This document shows, piece by piece, positions 39,864 to 52,000 of a stretch of 64,000 bases of DNA. The DNA is from a virus. Every line of letters starts with the position of its first letter. Positions within the stretch are counted from its first letter, which is position 1. The DNA lies in IMG/VR virus record IMGVR_UViG_3300045988_162176, positions 96,001-160,000 of that record; one strand, 5' to 3'. A model generated the notes under the pieces. The model was not told where the DNA came from. It ran no database searches and worked only from the letters and a program-made list of their open reading frames with translations. The position numbers and the translations under genes are program-made.

Positions 39864-40859
39864 TTATTCCGCTGCCGTCTTAGGAAATGTTACTTGAACA
39901 ATCCCACTGTTTGCCTGATTTGTAATTGTTGTTGCACCATTAAGAGTAAAGAAATTTTCAGGTACGCCGTCAAGCTTGTATCCCCTTTTTGGGGTAAGAG
40001 TAATAGTGGCAGAATAGCTTGTATTTGCTTTGAAACTACTGTCTGCTGGGTTCCAAACAACAGTTGCATCATATTGCTCATTTTCATTTGTTTTCTTAAC
40101 AGCAACCTCCCCTTTAACTGGCGCTTTAATTCCAAGTATATCATTTTGAGTAACAGTTACTAATATATCACACTCATCAAGTCCGTAAAGTGCTATAGTT
40201 ATATCATTCTTGGGAACATCAACACAAGAAATATAAATCGTTGTATATCCTGCAATATTCTTTTTTGTGTCAGGCGCTACATAGTTGATATTAGGCAACG
40301 TTAAAGCAGAATCTATAACTTGCTGAGTATTAACATAACTATCATTGTTTTTTGGTAGGCCTATTTGTACCCCATATTCCCCTGGTTTACTTCCATTTAC
40401 TTTTAATACATAAGTATGTCCGTTTTCAACTGCGTCCCAATTAGTAAGGACAAAATCAAGGGGTTCTCCAACAACATAAATGATTTCTGAAGGCCGTGGT
40501 AAAGAACCTCCATCACCATTACTAATCCTATAATTACTAGGAGCAATATTTTTAAATGTTGTTTCATGTTTTGCTGTAACCCAGCAATTATTAAAACTTC
40601 CTGTTTTAAGCATTATTTCAACAGAATCTCCTTCTTTTAACTCAAAAGGTGTTTGATTTTGAATCCTTGTAAATTTAGATTCTTTCTCCCGAGGTAGCAT
40701 TACATCCACAGTACCATCACTATTTACATTTGCAACAACTGCGCTTTCTATTTTTGGAGAGGTCTTTTTTATTTCTTGTTTTACGCATAAAACAATTCTA
40801 CGCAGCATTTCATCTGCATATTCATCATAGTTGTCGTTAAATTCATTATTTTCATTCAT
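39864..40859 (-). CDS. tail/baseplate protein with C-terminal Ig-like repeat domains (possible receptor-binding or spike-associated protein)
   Basis: The position is in the tail module. The N-terminal small beta-barrel-like segment is DGTVDVMLP..GDSVEIML. C-terminal ..YSATITLTPKRGYKLDGVPENFFTLNGA..VQVTFPKT resembles bacterial Ig-like surface repeats. There are no TAG codons. Confidence 0.45.
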   Translation of the reverse strand: MNENNEFNDNYDEYADEMLRRIVLCVKQEIKKTSPKIESAVVANVNSDGTVDVMLPREKESKFTRIQNQTPFELKEGDSVEIMLKTGSFNNCWVTAKHETTFKNIAPSNYRISNGDGGSLPRPSEIIYVVGEPLDFVLTNWDAVENGHTYVLKVNGSKPGEYGVQIGLPKNNDSYVNTQQVIDSALTLPNINYVAPDTKKNIAGYTTIYISCVDVPKNDITIALYGLDECDILVTVTQNDILGIKAPVKGEVAVKKTNENEQYDATVVWNPADSSFKANTSYSATITLTPKRGYKLDGVPENFFTLNGATTITNQANSGIVQVTFPKTAAE

Positions 40860-40863
40860 ATAT

Positions 40864-42090
40864 TTATTTTTCTCCTTGACTTTCCTTTTGACTTGTACTA
40901 ACAGGTAAATCAGAAGTATTACAACAACTTAAACTTATCTACCCATTTTCGGCAGTATAAGAAATAGAAGTTATAAGTAGTTTTTCTCGTTTTAACTAAA
41001 GAAAACCATCTTCTACCTCACATAAATTATTTACTGTTAAAATTGGATTGAAACTTACAGTCATAGAAAAAGAAACCCCAACAAAACTAGCCTATCTTAA
41101 ATAATAATTTGCCAAATTCCTTGCTAAATCTTCATTCCAAATCTAAGAAGATGTATATGGAGCATCCATCCTTCTACCAATTCTTTCGACACAAATTGGA
41201 GATGCAGGGTTATTATTTTCAACAATAGCAGCACAAATAGAAGAATCTATACCATCACCAACAACCTTAACACAATTAATAACATTTTCGTTTTGATATT
41301 GTAAATTCATATTATGCAAATCTTGACCTATCTCTTGATATGTCCAAATAATAGGTTTTGTTGAATCGTCTACAGTTTCATTTAATGGATAAAAACACAA
41401 ATTACCAACTGTATTATAATAATATTCTGCCGATAGCTATGTTGCCAAAGATTCAATTATTACACTTAAATTCTCCCGCTATTCTGCCCTAATGGTTTGT
41501 TGAGTTTTCATCCGAACAAACGAAGGGTCGAAAATAGGTTCTTTATAATCTAATATATAACCATTTCCTTGTGCAAAATTAAGAACGCCATTTACAGCAT
41601 CTATTATATCACTGCCAAGTTTAACTTCATACGCAGTTTCTAAAGTTCCTGTCTTTCCTTCAAAAATTGCGTATTTATCAGACAATTGAAGTTGAACGGT
41701 CTTATTAGCATCCCCTCTGGATAAATCTATTTCTCCCATTATATAAACCCGTTTGGGAAACCAAATTATTTGCCGTTCATATTCTATTCCCACATCAAAA
41801 CTAAACCTAGTATTAATCCATAACCCGTTCATATTAGGAGTATATTGACCTTTATCATTTATTAAAGTAACGCCAATACTTCTTCTCTAACCATTCTAAT
41901 AGTTTTCAGTGTAATTTAAACCATTAAGAACAATATCTTTTTCTGGTATAATATACTATATTTGTTCATCAGGGGTTAAAACAGATAATCTAAAACGAGG
42001 TTTAACAACAGGTCTTTCTAATATTTTTTTTAATACATAAAAAGGAATTGCATTCTCTTCTCTTAAAAGAATATCACCAAAAATACTCAT
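40864..42090 (-). CDS. tail/baseplate structural protein (408 aa after TAG read-through)
   Basis: ATG 42088-42090 with RBS AAAGGAGATTGCA. Track fragments 41479..41832 and 41143..41400 are in one frame, joined by nine TAGs (for example 41956, 41479, 41143, 40939). The stop is TAA at 40864-40866. Confidence 0.6.
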
Positions 42091-42101
42091 TGCAATCTCC
42101 T

Positions 42102-43109
42102 TTATCTATCACTAGAAACAATACGAATTTTATCTATATCTATCGCTTCCTACCACTCAAAAGAAACAACAGTCTACATTAAATTGCTCTACATATTTAT
42201 TCCAGCAGTCGGGTTAGATACAATCTAAATAATCCATGCATTTCCCTTGTAATCTTTAAGTAGCTTCAAATTACCATTTCGGACAAAATTTTTCCAAGAT
42301 TCATATTTTTCTACTTCCCTAGAATATTTATTCTTCTTATTAATACGTTCAGTATATCCTTCTACTTCTTTAGCCTTTACAAAAGTCTATTCTTTTTTAG
42401 GAATTAATTCACCTTCTATATATTCACTAATATCTCCCAAACAACAAGACATACTACCACTAATATAATTTTTCTTTCCATAAGAAAATTTAGGAAATTG
42501 TCCTAAAGTGTCCCAACTAGTAGTGTTTAAATTCTATACCAAATCTCCATTATCTAAATTATAAGCAAGTTTCCAAACAGAGCCACTTTTCTCATATAAG
42601 CCCTCTTCTTCCGTTTCTTGTATATCACATATTGTCCAAAAATCCCATTTAGTAGATGCATAAGCTGGAGAATAAGTACCATCTTCGTTTGTAAAATTAT
42701 CTTCGTATATTTTGTAACTTCCTACTCCTTGACGATAAGCTATTAAATAATGATAGAAAGCATTAGCTTTTACTCCATAATCTATCATAGAATAGTTACC
42801 ATGCATATCACACAAATAAGTATAAAATTTATCATCTGGCTCTTTTCTATATACAGAAAATACCCGTTTAGTTTGAGGAAAAGACTAAAAATAATAAGCT
42901 AAAATCTAAGTGCCAGTTCCCTAATCCTTTAAATTGAAATTATTATAAAGAATTAAATCAGAAGATAGAGGAGAAAGATAAGGGTTAATTTTTAATTTAT
43001 CTTCTATTTCTTTGCGAATTGTATTAGGAGATTTATTAATGTCTGTTCCAACCCCAGTATCACGCACTTCAAGCCGTGATGCCATATAAATATAACTACT
43101 TATATTCAT
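42102..43109 (-). CDS. tail/baseplate structural protein (335 aa after TAG read-through)
   Basis: ATG 43107-43109 with RBS AAAGGAGAG. Fragments 42921..43109 and 42534..42815 are in frame, with nine TAGs. The stop is TAA at 42102-42104. Confidence 0.6.
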
Positions 43110-43124
43110 TTAACTCTCCTTTCT

Positions 43125-45533
43125 TTACTGGTCAGTCAAAACGATATTACTTAAAACAGGATTCTATTCTTTACTGTTATCAACAGTTAAACTAAAATCA
43201 AACCATTTCTAAGCAATTAAAGTTAAATTAGTCTGTCTGGCTGCGTAAGCATTTGGCATCCAAATAAAATCTTCTTCTACCTTATTTTTAGTAACTTTGT
43301 CATCTGGCCCCCATCTAAAATTTTCAATCTAAGGATTATTCTCTTGTGCTTCTGTTAAAGAAGGGTCGATAACAATATTTAAAATGTTACCACTTTCATC
43401 TCTATAATCTCCTCCTTCATCTAAATACATATACTCTGTATCAACCTAAAGAATCCAATCTCCATTACCGTCTTCATTAATAATATATTTATATTCTCCA
43501 ATATAATAATTTGTCGGCTCTTTCCAAGCGGGCGCAAATACTATATCTTTAGTTAAAATATAAATAATATCCCTATTCATGTATTCTGCTTCTTCCTTAA
43601 ACTCTTTAACCAACTCATATTTTTTTTGTTTTTCTCCAAGCCCGTTTACTATTGGAGTTCCATCCTCGTTTGTTTTATATTTGTATTGTAAAGCGAACCC
43701 TATTTTACTAGATACCTCAATGCCAGAACTAGTCAACAAATCTTCTAAATCATAATAATCAGAAGTTCCTCCATTAAAACAATGTAAAGGAATAGAACTA
43801 TTGTTTTTAAAAATTCTTATTTTTAAAGCATTAGAATTTTTACGGATTATTTTATTTTCAGTATCAACTGCAAACATGTCTAATCCACCTACTTTTACTG
43901 TATATAGGTCTCCTCCTAATGTAATAACTCCCTCTGTCCCAGATGGTAAAGGAATAAAATTATTTTCAGATTTTAAGGTATATGCTCTATAACTAAGATT
44001 GTTGTAACTATCTAAAATCAAATCATCCTAAATAGTTACTTCACCTGTATCTTTATTGTAATATAAAAGACGTTTCCTAGTATCAGTTAAAGTTTCGTCA
44101 GTAAAAATAGATAAATAAATCTCTCGTCTCTTTAATCCCGCTTCTGTTAAAGAAGTAGAAGAACCTATCTCTTGTTTGTTGAGTTTATCATAGTAAACAT
44201 AATGATTAAAATCCATTACATAAGTATTTAATTTTGATTCTAAAACAATTTTTGCAGAAGGAACATTATATTCTTTCAATTCAAAATAAATCATTTCTCC
44301 ATTTTCATCTACCAAAGGGGTGTTTTCATTAACATACAAGCTCAATAAAACTCCATTAGGATGAGTATTTATTGCTTCAGTTAAATATTGATTTGGCTAA
44401 ACTGTATATAAAGTAGAATACAATTCATTATATAAAACATCATCAAACTCATGTAAATATAATTCTGTATAATTTGAATGAGCCACTTCCATCAATGTTT
44501 TTAATTCATTCCCCTAAATATCATTAAAAAAGCCAATTTTGTTAGGAGTTTCAGAATTAACATATGGGAATCTAAATTTTGTAAAAAAAGAAAAAACCTG
44601 TGGAAATTGAATCGGTGTATTTTTTATATCTGTAAGTTGTGTATAATTTAATATTTTACCTTCAGTTGTATCAAGATAATAATATTCTGAATCATTACTT
44701 AATTTCACATCAGAAGAAGTTACTGTTTTTTCTTCTCCTTTGTCTGTAGAAGTTACATAAACAGAGCCAATAGATTCAAGTTTAATTCCCTATTCTTCAC
44801 ATATTAATTGAGTACTTAAAGGAATAGTTGATGTATATATTCTATATTCTACATAAAAAAGCTTTTCGTTAAAAAAATAATTTCCATATTTGTCACAAAT
44901 TGACAACTTTACTTTGTAAAATTTATTTGCATCTAATCCTTTAAAATCCCATGCAAAAGAATAATTATACAAATCTGAAGATTCAGCAATTAAAATTTCA
45001 TTATTATAACTATCCACCTAATATAAATAATAATGATAATATTTTGCTTCTACATTATCTTCACTAATCCATTCTCCAATAAAGGCTATATCTCTCCAAG
45101 GAGCAGGAACAGAACTATCTATCTCCACAAAATCTACATTTTCATCTTCTAATTCCCTAAAATCTTTATATTTTATTTTTATAGTGGGAGTGGTTCGAGC
45201 ATAAAAAAGACCGTTTGGGATAGAATCCATAAAATCTGTAAACACTGTATAATTACTTTGGGGTACAATAATATCTTGTACTTCACCATTACTTTTAGCA
45301 TCAATAGTGCAATTGTTTTTTAATAACCACTAAGTATTATCTAATTTATTAAAAGTAATATCACTTTTTTTACCAACAACATACTAATCATAATCACTTA
45401 TTTTCTAATTAATATTCAAACGGACTCCATTATCATAAACTATCTAATCTTGATTATTTTTATCAGATTTAATATTAATATTTGGCTAAATAAACAATTG
45501 ATGGTCAGAATCTCCGTTCCAATAAGAGGTCAT
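43125..45533 (-). CDS. large tail structural protein (802 aa after TAG read-through)
   Basis: Six track fragments (45018..45245, 44790..45017, 44514..44708, 44028..44345, 43446..44021 and flanks) share one frame with 14 in-frame TAGs and no TAA or TGA. The ATG at 45531-45533 overlaps an upstream TGA (ATGA). The stop is TAA at 43125-43127. Confidence 0.6.
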
Positions 45534-45578
45534 AATTTTAAAACTGTCATTAGTCACACCTGTGCCACCAATAATCCT

Positions 45579-46577
45579 ATCAACAGTTGATTCGTATTTT
45601 TTTTCTGTAAGGGATTCTTCACTTTTTTCCCAAAGCCTGTATTTTTCTCCTTGCTTTGGAATAGAATCTAAAGCTTCCTATAATCTTATTTCACCAGTTG
45701 ATTGCCCATAACCGATAATTTTTTTTGCCTTATCAGAAGTAGAAGTTTCTCCTATCGAAATATAATCGCCAAGAGAAATATCATCATTTGGTTCAACATA
45801 AAAAGAAGTGTTAGTGTGCTAATCAGAAACAGAATATAATGTAAAAGGTTTTCCATTTTTATAATTATAAGTGAATTTTTCAGTTAATTCTAACTTAACA
45901 ATATCTTTATCCAAACCCAAATCCGTATAAACCCAATTTATTTGTCTTCTTTCTTTATGAGGCCATATTTTAGGGTAATCAAGATTGTCTTTGTTTGGTA
46001 AAATTAAAGGCATCATTAAATCTTCTTTGTTCTAAGAGGTAATTTCTATCCATTTGTCATATTTTAACAAATCTTTTACTTTTTGTTTTTTTTCTTCTGA
46101 CTCCAAACCACTCAAATCCACCCAAATAACAGAAGTGGTAGAACCAACCGTAAATCCAGAGCATACTTGTGTAATTGGTAGTTCATCTTTTTCTCTCGGG
46201 GAATGATTTTCGTACATTCTAATATTCCACTAATAATTTTTACCGTTTTTAAATTCTTGCCCCTTTTCTGTGATACAGGTTAAACTACTTTCTTTTTTAC
46301 TAACTTCTTTAAAAGTAATTATATCATTTTTCCGACTACCACTCGATGAAACCTTTGCGTTTAATGTTAACTATTCTTTGTTTTGAACTTCGACCCCCAA
46401 ATTCTAAGAATTCCGAATTAAAATATCAGCAGCCCCATCCCGAGATATAATATTCACTGAATATGCCTTAACACTATTTCCAAGAGTGTTAGCCTACGCC
46501 TAAAATTTGTTTCCTTCGGCAGATAAAATATCAATTTCATTTAGGTTCGGCAAAAGCTGTGAAGGTTTATAAATCAT
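45579..46577 (-). CDS. tail protein directly downstream of the tape-measure gene (distal-tail-protein position), 332 aa or more
   Basis: ATG 46575-46577 with RBS GGAAAGGAG. Eight in-frame TAGs. The zero frame ends at TGA 45579-45581, just after an A9 run. A +1 shift on that run would extend the protein to TGA 45530-45532. Confidence 0.55.
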
Positions 46578-46660
46578 GTTTTTGTAACTCCTTTCCAATG
46601 TTTTTTAAGAGGTGAGGTGTGGCGAGTTTTATTCCACACCACACCCCTTTATCAATTTTA

Positions 46661-46689
46661 ATTTTAAACTATTTTTACTTAATTGTCAA
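46661..46689 (-). promoter_or_regulatory. sigma-70/sigma-A-type promoter between the tape-measure gene and the distal tail genes
   Basis: Minus strand: TTGACA (46689-46684), 17 nt, TAAAAT (46666-46661). Confidence 0.55.
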
Positions 46690-46713
46690 CAACTTTCTCA
46701 AACAATTTTTAAT

Positions 46714-47775
46714 TTATCCTTTTATTTTTTTGGTTACATTCCATCTAGACCCCATTGCAGTTGTTACTCCGCTCCAGAACTTTGCAGGGTCATTAACTCC
46801 TTCAAGTACAACGTCACCCTGAACAATATATTGTGTACCACAATTATTATCTGTTCCAGTACGTTTCATTTCAGGTAATCTTGTAGTTGCCATATTACGT
46901 AATAAATTGTAAGCTTGGTCACTGTTTAAAACATATTCAGGTTTGGAAACTGAACCGTGTAACATTGCAAGACCTGTATAAGTTACTGGACCTTGTTCAA
47001 TACCTGTGGAATAACTATTATTACCCCAGTATTCAGCTCCTGTTGCTTTGTTTCCCTTCTTTTTCCATTCTTTTTCTATTTCTGCATTACTTTTATATCT
47101 GAACTGCTTACCAGAACTATCCAACCGCATCTAAGCACCATTTAAATTCATATCGTGACGAAGCATTTTTTCTTCTCTGTATTTAGCCCATTTATCAAAT
47201 TCTTCTTGGGTTTTAGCATTAACCATTAATTTAGCATAATCTACTCCATCCTTCAAATCTCCAAAGTCTTTCATATTTGGAATATATTTATCCGGTTTAA
47301 GTTCGTCAACCATTGTATCGTTTTTACCCATAGCATCAGATGCATTTAAAAGAGACACTCTTTCTCTGAGAAGTTCAGCAAGTTTAATATTAGCTTCTTT
47401 ATAAGGAGTTAACAAATTATCTTGGAAAATAGTATTATAATTCTAATAATTGTTAGCAAGGTCAGAATTAAATTTCTCCATATCCGTAGTTAACAATTCT
47501 TTAATTTTATCTTCAGAATCTACTCCCATAAGAGCCTTGAGAATACGCTCGTTTTCCATGCGTTCGTATTCTTTATAGTCCCAATCAAGCTATTCAAGAT
47601 ATTTATCCCACGCATCAATCTTCTTTTGAATTTTATCTACTTCTGCATCTTTGGTCTTGCCCAAATCATTAATTTTATCTTCACGATAAAAAGAATCTAA
47701 ATCTTTTTGAGCTTGTTTTTGTTTGGCCCGATTGGATTCGTATACCCATCCTATCGAATCTGTTACTTTTGTGAC
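46714..47775 (-). CDS. giant tape-measure-like protein, exon 3 (C-terminal about 353 aa)
   Basis: Track fragments 47590..47778, 47131..47415 and 46714..47130 are in one frame, joined by TAGs at 47590, 47443 and 47131. This exon carries the only TAA of the whole gene, at 46714-46716. Confidence 0.7.
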
Positions 47776-49002
47776 CATAATTAAAATTATGGCGGCAAGG
47801 CATTTCTACCTTGCTCTCGTGTTTCATTTTTAGATTATAGCACGAGTCCAGACTGTATATTATATTATTTAATAATATTATTTAAATAATACGATAGCTG
47901 AACTCAATATGTTACCATATTAAGTGTGACAGTCGTTCGAGTTTCTGTTAAAATTATTAAAAAAATCATCCAAGATTTCAGTAAGCCTTTTCTTATCCTT
48001 GTAAGAAATTTCTAAGAGACAAATTCCTTTTTGCTAACAATATTCTTTCTTTATTTTATCCCTCTTTTGTCCATCTTCAAATCTTTTTGCAGCTTTCTAT
48101 TTAGATTCTTCTGTAGGAGTGTAAGAAAAATCTACTGGTTTATAATGTTGTTCTCCCTAATATTCTATACATACATTATAGTCTGACAAATAAAAATCAA
48201 ACGGAAGAAGCTATTTATATCTACAATCATCAAAACGTTTCTATGGAGTAAAATTTACATTGTGGTCTTCTAAGTAAGTATAAATAATACTTTCTCCGAT
48301 AGACAATTTACAAAAATGACATCCTGTTTGTAAAGTTACAAATTTATCTGCTTTTGTAGTAGTTAGTCTTCCACAAACTTTGCAGCGACAAGTTACATCT
48401 TCTTTTATACCATTATATTCTCCAACTACTTCCAAGGAAGGGTTAATTTTTGTTAACTTTTCTTCATACCATTTTTTATCTTTAATAAAACGTTCCCTCA
48501 ATTTTCTTTTCTTGCATTCTGGACAACCTTCTCCTCTTTTTATTTTATTTGGTCTTGCAGAAAAAATGTGCCGATATTTACAAACAAATTCTGTTTTTTC
48601 GGTATCGTTCTTATATTTACCATAAAGTTTAATTTCTTTATCAGCAATATCTTCTATAAAATCTTCTTCTGTATAACATTTTAATCTGCATCCACAACTT
48701 TTAGCATGTAAAAAAGCATACGCATAAGAAATTCTATCAGGTTTATTTGGATGATTTAAACAATGAAAAATTACAAGTTGCTAATTTTTATCGTTTCTTT
48801 TTGTACCAACAATTTCAACATCTAAAAATTTAGCTTGTTCTAAATATTTATCTGTTAATTCCCATTCAAAATTATTCTCTTCCATTTTATCCTCCTTTCT
48901 TTAATAATATATAATAATTTTAACAGTCTTACTTCGGTCTCGACCTTCTCAGGCTATTAACCGATATAGCTATCTTTTACGAGGGCATTGGTGTTCACCC
49001 TC
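47776..49002 (-). mobile_element. group-I-like intron (about 1.23 kb) in the tape-measure gene carrying an endonuclease ORF
   Basis: The coding frame degenerates after ..KEKERVYR (CGU|) and resumes at |GUC ACA (VTKVTDSIGWVYESN) after a G. The flanks are structured and GC-richer, with R/S-like strings (GAGUUCAGCUAUCG, AAUAUACAGUCUGG). Confidence 0.6.
47920..48885 (-). CDS. intron-encoded endonuclease: N-terminal Cys-rich zinc-ribbon modules plus a C-terminal PD-(D/E)XK (Vsr/DUF559-like) domain
   Basis: Has its own RBS AGGAGGATAAA plus ATG 48883-48885. CxxC pairs (CPECKK, CRCKVCG, CHFC). C-terminal FDFYLSDYNVCIEY[TAG]GEQHY motif. There are six in-frame TAGs (48781, 48241, 48211, 48157, 48097, 48034). 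The stop is TAA at 47920-47922. Confidence 0.6.
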
Positions 49003-52000
49003 ACGGTATACTCTCTCTTTTTCTTTAGCGGCATTCTTTTTCGCGGCAAGCAAATCTTCAAGCTGTATCTAACGTTCAAGCTCATCATTAATATCCTCAA
49101 GAGGTTTAACTTCTTTTTCATAAGCCTCTTCAATAGCATCTATATCTTTTTGCAGTTCATCTTTATAAAGATTAACTCTATAAACAATGGCATCATATTG
49201 CTTCTCTTGAAGTTCAATTAAATCTTTTTGCTAGTCTATTTTAGCTTCTTGAATAGATACAATAGCATTATTTAAACCATTAACAAGCTCTTTTATTTGC
49301 TCATCAGTATATCTGGAGGTATCACTCAAAGCCTATTTATATGTTTCCACTTGCTTTTGCAATAAATCTATCTTACTATTATAATAATTATTGATATCAT
49401 CAGATTTTATCCATTCTTTTGGAGCAGATTTTTCTAAAGTACTTAATTTATCTTCAAGTTCCTCAATCTAATCTTTAAATTTCTCAAAAATAAGTTCTTC
49501 TTTTTTCTAAATAAGGCTAAACAAACTTGATATACTATCTCGATAAGCCTGAGAATAATCATTGTTTCCTTGAGGAGCAAAAGCCTAAGCTTCAGTTAAA
49601 GACATACCATCTTTCATATATGCTTCAACTGCCTTATTAAAATTATATTCAATAGATTCCTTTGTAGCTTCAATTTGTTTTTCAATTGCTTCAATAGAAG
49701 AATTTAAAACAGAATCATACAAAGATTCATTGGTATAAGCAGTGCCTTTAACATACTGCATCTGAATATCATTTAACTCTAATTGCCATTCAGCTACTTT
49801 TTTACGTAAATCAATTTCATCTTGAATTAAACTATTAAGTTCTTTTTGACGTTCAAGTTTTTCTTCATAGGTATCAGCAGTTTTCAAGTGAGCTTTTTTT
49901 ATTTCTATTAATGCTTGGATAGATGCTCCATATAATTCAAGAATCTTATAATTATCTTCAACTTCTTCATCATCAAGATTATTAATAGCTTTTTGATTCT
50001 CAATGTAGTTCTTTTCTGCATCTAATCTCTCTTCTTCAGTGAGATTGGCATTTTGCATTAAACCTTCATAATATCCAGCTAATTTTTCGAGGCTTGCTCT
50101 CTTCTTTTCAAAATACGCCGTGTATCCAGTAGGTTGTAAAGTATTTTCATCAAATACTTTCATTGCTTCCCATTCTTTGTCAATAAGAGAATCATAAGCT
50201 TTGAGAAGGTCAAGAATTCCATCTTTAGCATCTTTTGCAGATTTGCCCAAATCTTTCATCGGGTTTCTATAAGCTTTTTTCCAACTGTCTTGTGTCAATT
50301 TTCCAGAATCGAGGATATCCTAAATCTTATAACCTAAATGTTCCCATGTAGCAATTTCGCCTTCGTCAAAATGTAATTGTCCATCTTCTCCAATATGAGT
50401 TTTACCAGTCCATTTCCGACTTTTTGCATCATAAGTCATACCACCAGATAACTTATCAATTTGCTCCTGCAAGGTATTCATTTTTTCTATTCTTTGTTCT
50501 TCATTAAGAGTAATTGTCTTGGTTTCAACTTTTCCCTCATATTTTTTAGCTTTCTAATTACCAAATTTAACTTTGCTTTTAGCTTCTTTATATTGTTCAG
50601 GAGTAATTTCTCCCATTTTTGCTTGATTATAAAGAGCCCACATCCGAGCAACATATTCAAGATTATTAGCTTGATTAATTAAAGCATCGCTTTCTTTTTG
50701 CAAAGCATCAATTTTTAGATTTGCAGAAGTAACCGTTGCATCAGCCACTTCTTGATAAGTATTACCAGCCGCTAATTGTGCATATTGATTTTGAAGAGAA
50801 GCTAAAGTATTTTTCTTTTCGGCAATCGTTGCCTATATACTAGCCTAAACAGCAAGTAGTCTTGCCCTTGCCATTGTCTCCTCAGCATCAGATTTTAATT
50901 TGATAGAATCTCCCTCAAAATCTAAAACATTAATATAATCTTCATTCGCTGCTAAAAGGTCTAAAGTAGTTTCTAAACTCAAATGACCAGAAGCATTTTG
51001 TTCTTCTCTAGCAGAAGACAACTAATCGAAAATTTCATCAACACTCTCTAAAGCCTCTTTTAATTCAGAAAAAGTGTTAATAATACCATCTTCACCAAAA
51101 TCCATTCCAGCAAAAAGATTTTCAAGGTCATATGACACAGATTTTATATCATAGTTTAAATGGTCTTTTATAGGGGCAAGATTAAGTTCTTCTTTTACGC
51201 CATTATTAATAGCCTCATTAAAATGCTTTCCAAAATAAGTTCCTGCTTCCTCAAAATCTAATTGCATAGCATCATCTATTATTTTTTGAGAATTTAGGAC
51301 GGAATTCCAAGTCTCTTCGTCATAGTCAGAAAAAGTTTCTGCAATAGCAGCCTTGTTATCAAACCTAGCCCCACTTCGCCACATCTAAGCCGCTTTACGA
51401 TAAAGAGCAGTATTCCCATTTTCATCTAACGAATCACGTTCAGTCATTCGTTGTGACGCCTATTGTCTTAAATAGGAATCTTTACCAGAATAATACTCAC
51501 CATTAACCATATTCATCATGGCTTGAGGATTATTAATAATATTACTACCCATCCAACCATTTTGAGCAAGACTAAACGCTCTCTTATATTGGTCTTGAGT
51601 CATTCCATTTACAGCATTGGCGAATTCTTCGGAAACCATTTTTGTTATGGTGTTAGAATCGAGTCCCATAGCTTCCAACAACTCATCCAAAGGAGTAGAA
51701 ACATGAACGGATTCAACGCCCTTAAATTCAGCATCAATCTTATAACCCATGCTTATAAGCATAGTTTTACCATCAGCAGAAAGCTCTCCATTTTCATCCA
51801 TAAGAGCCTCTACCAATTCTTTTCTATACTTTTCTTTCCACTCAGCAGATTCACCAACAGTTTTAAACTCCCCAGTACCATAGTAAACATCTACTATTGC
51901 TGGATTGTTTTTAACTATTTCTGTCATTTCTTGAGAAATAGATAAAATCTGAGTTTTAAAATCATCCATGTCAGTATAATCAATATCTTCTCCACGAATC

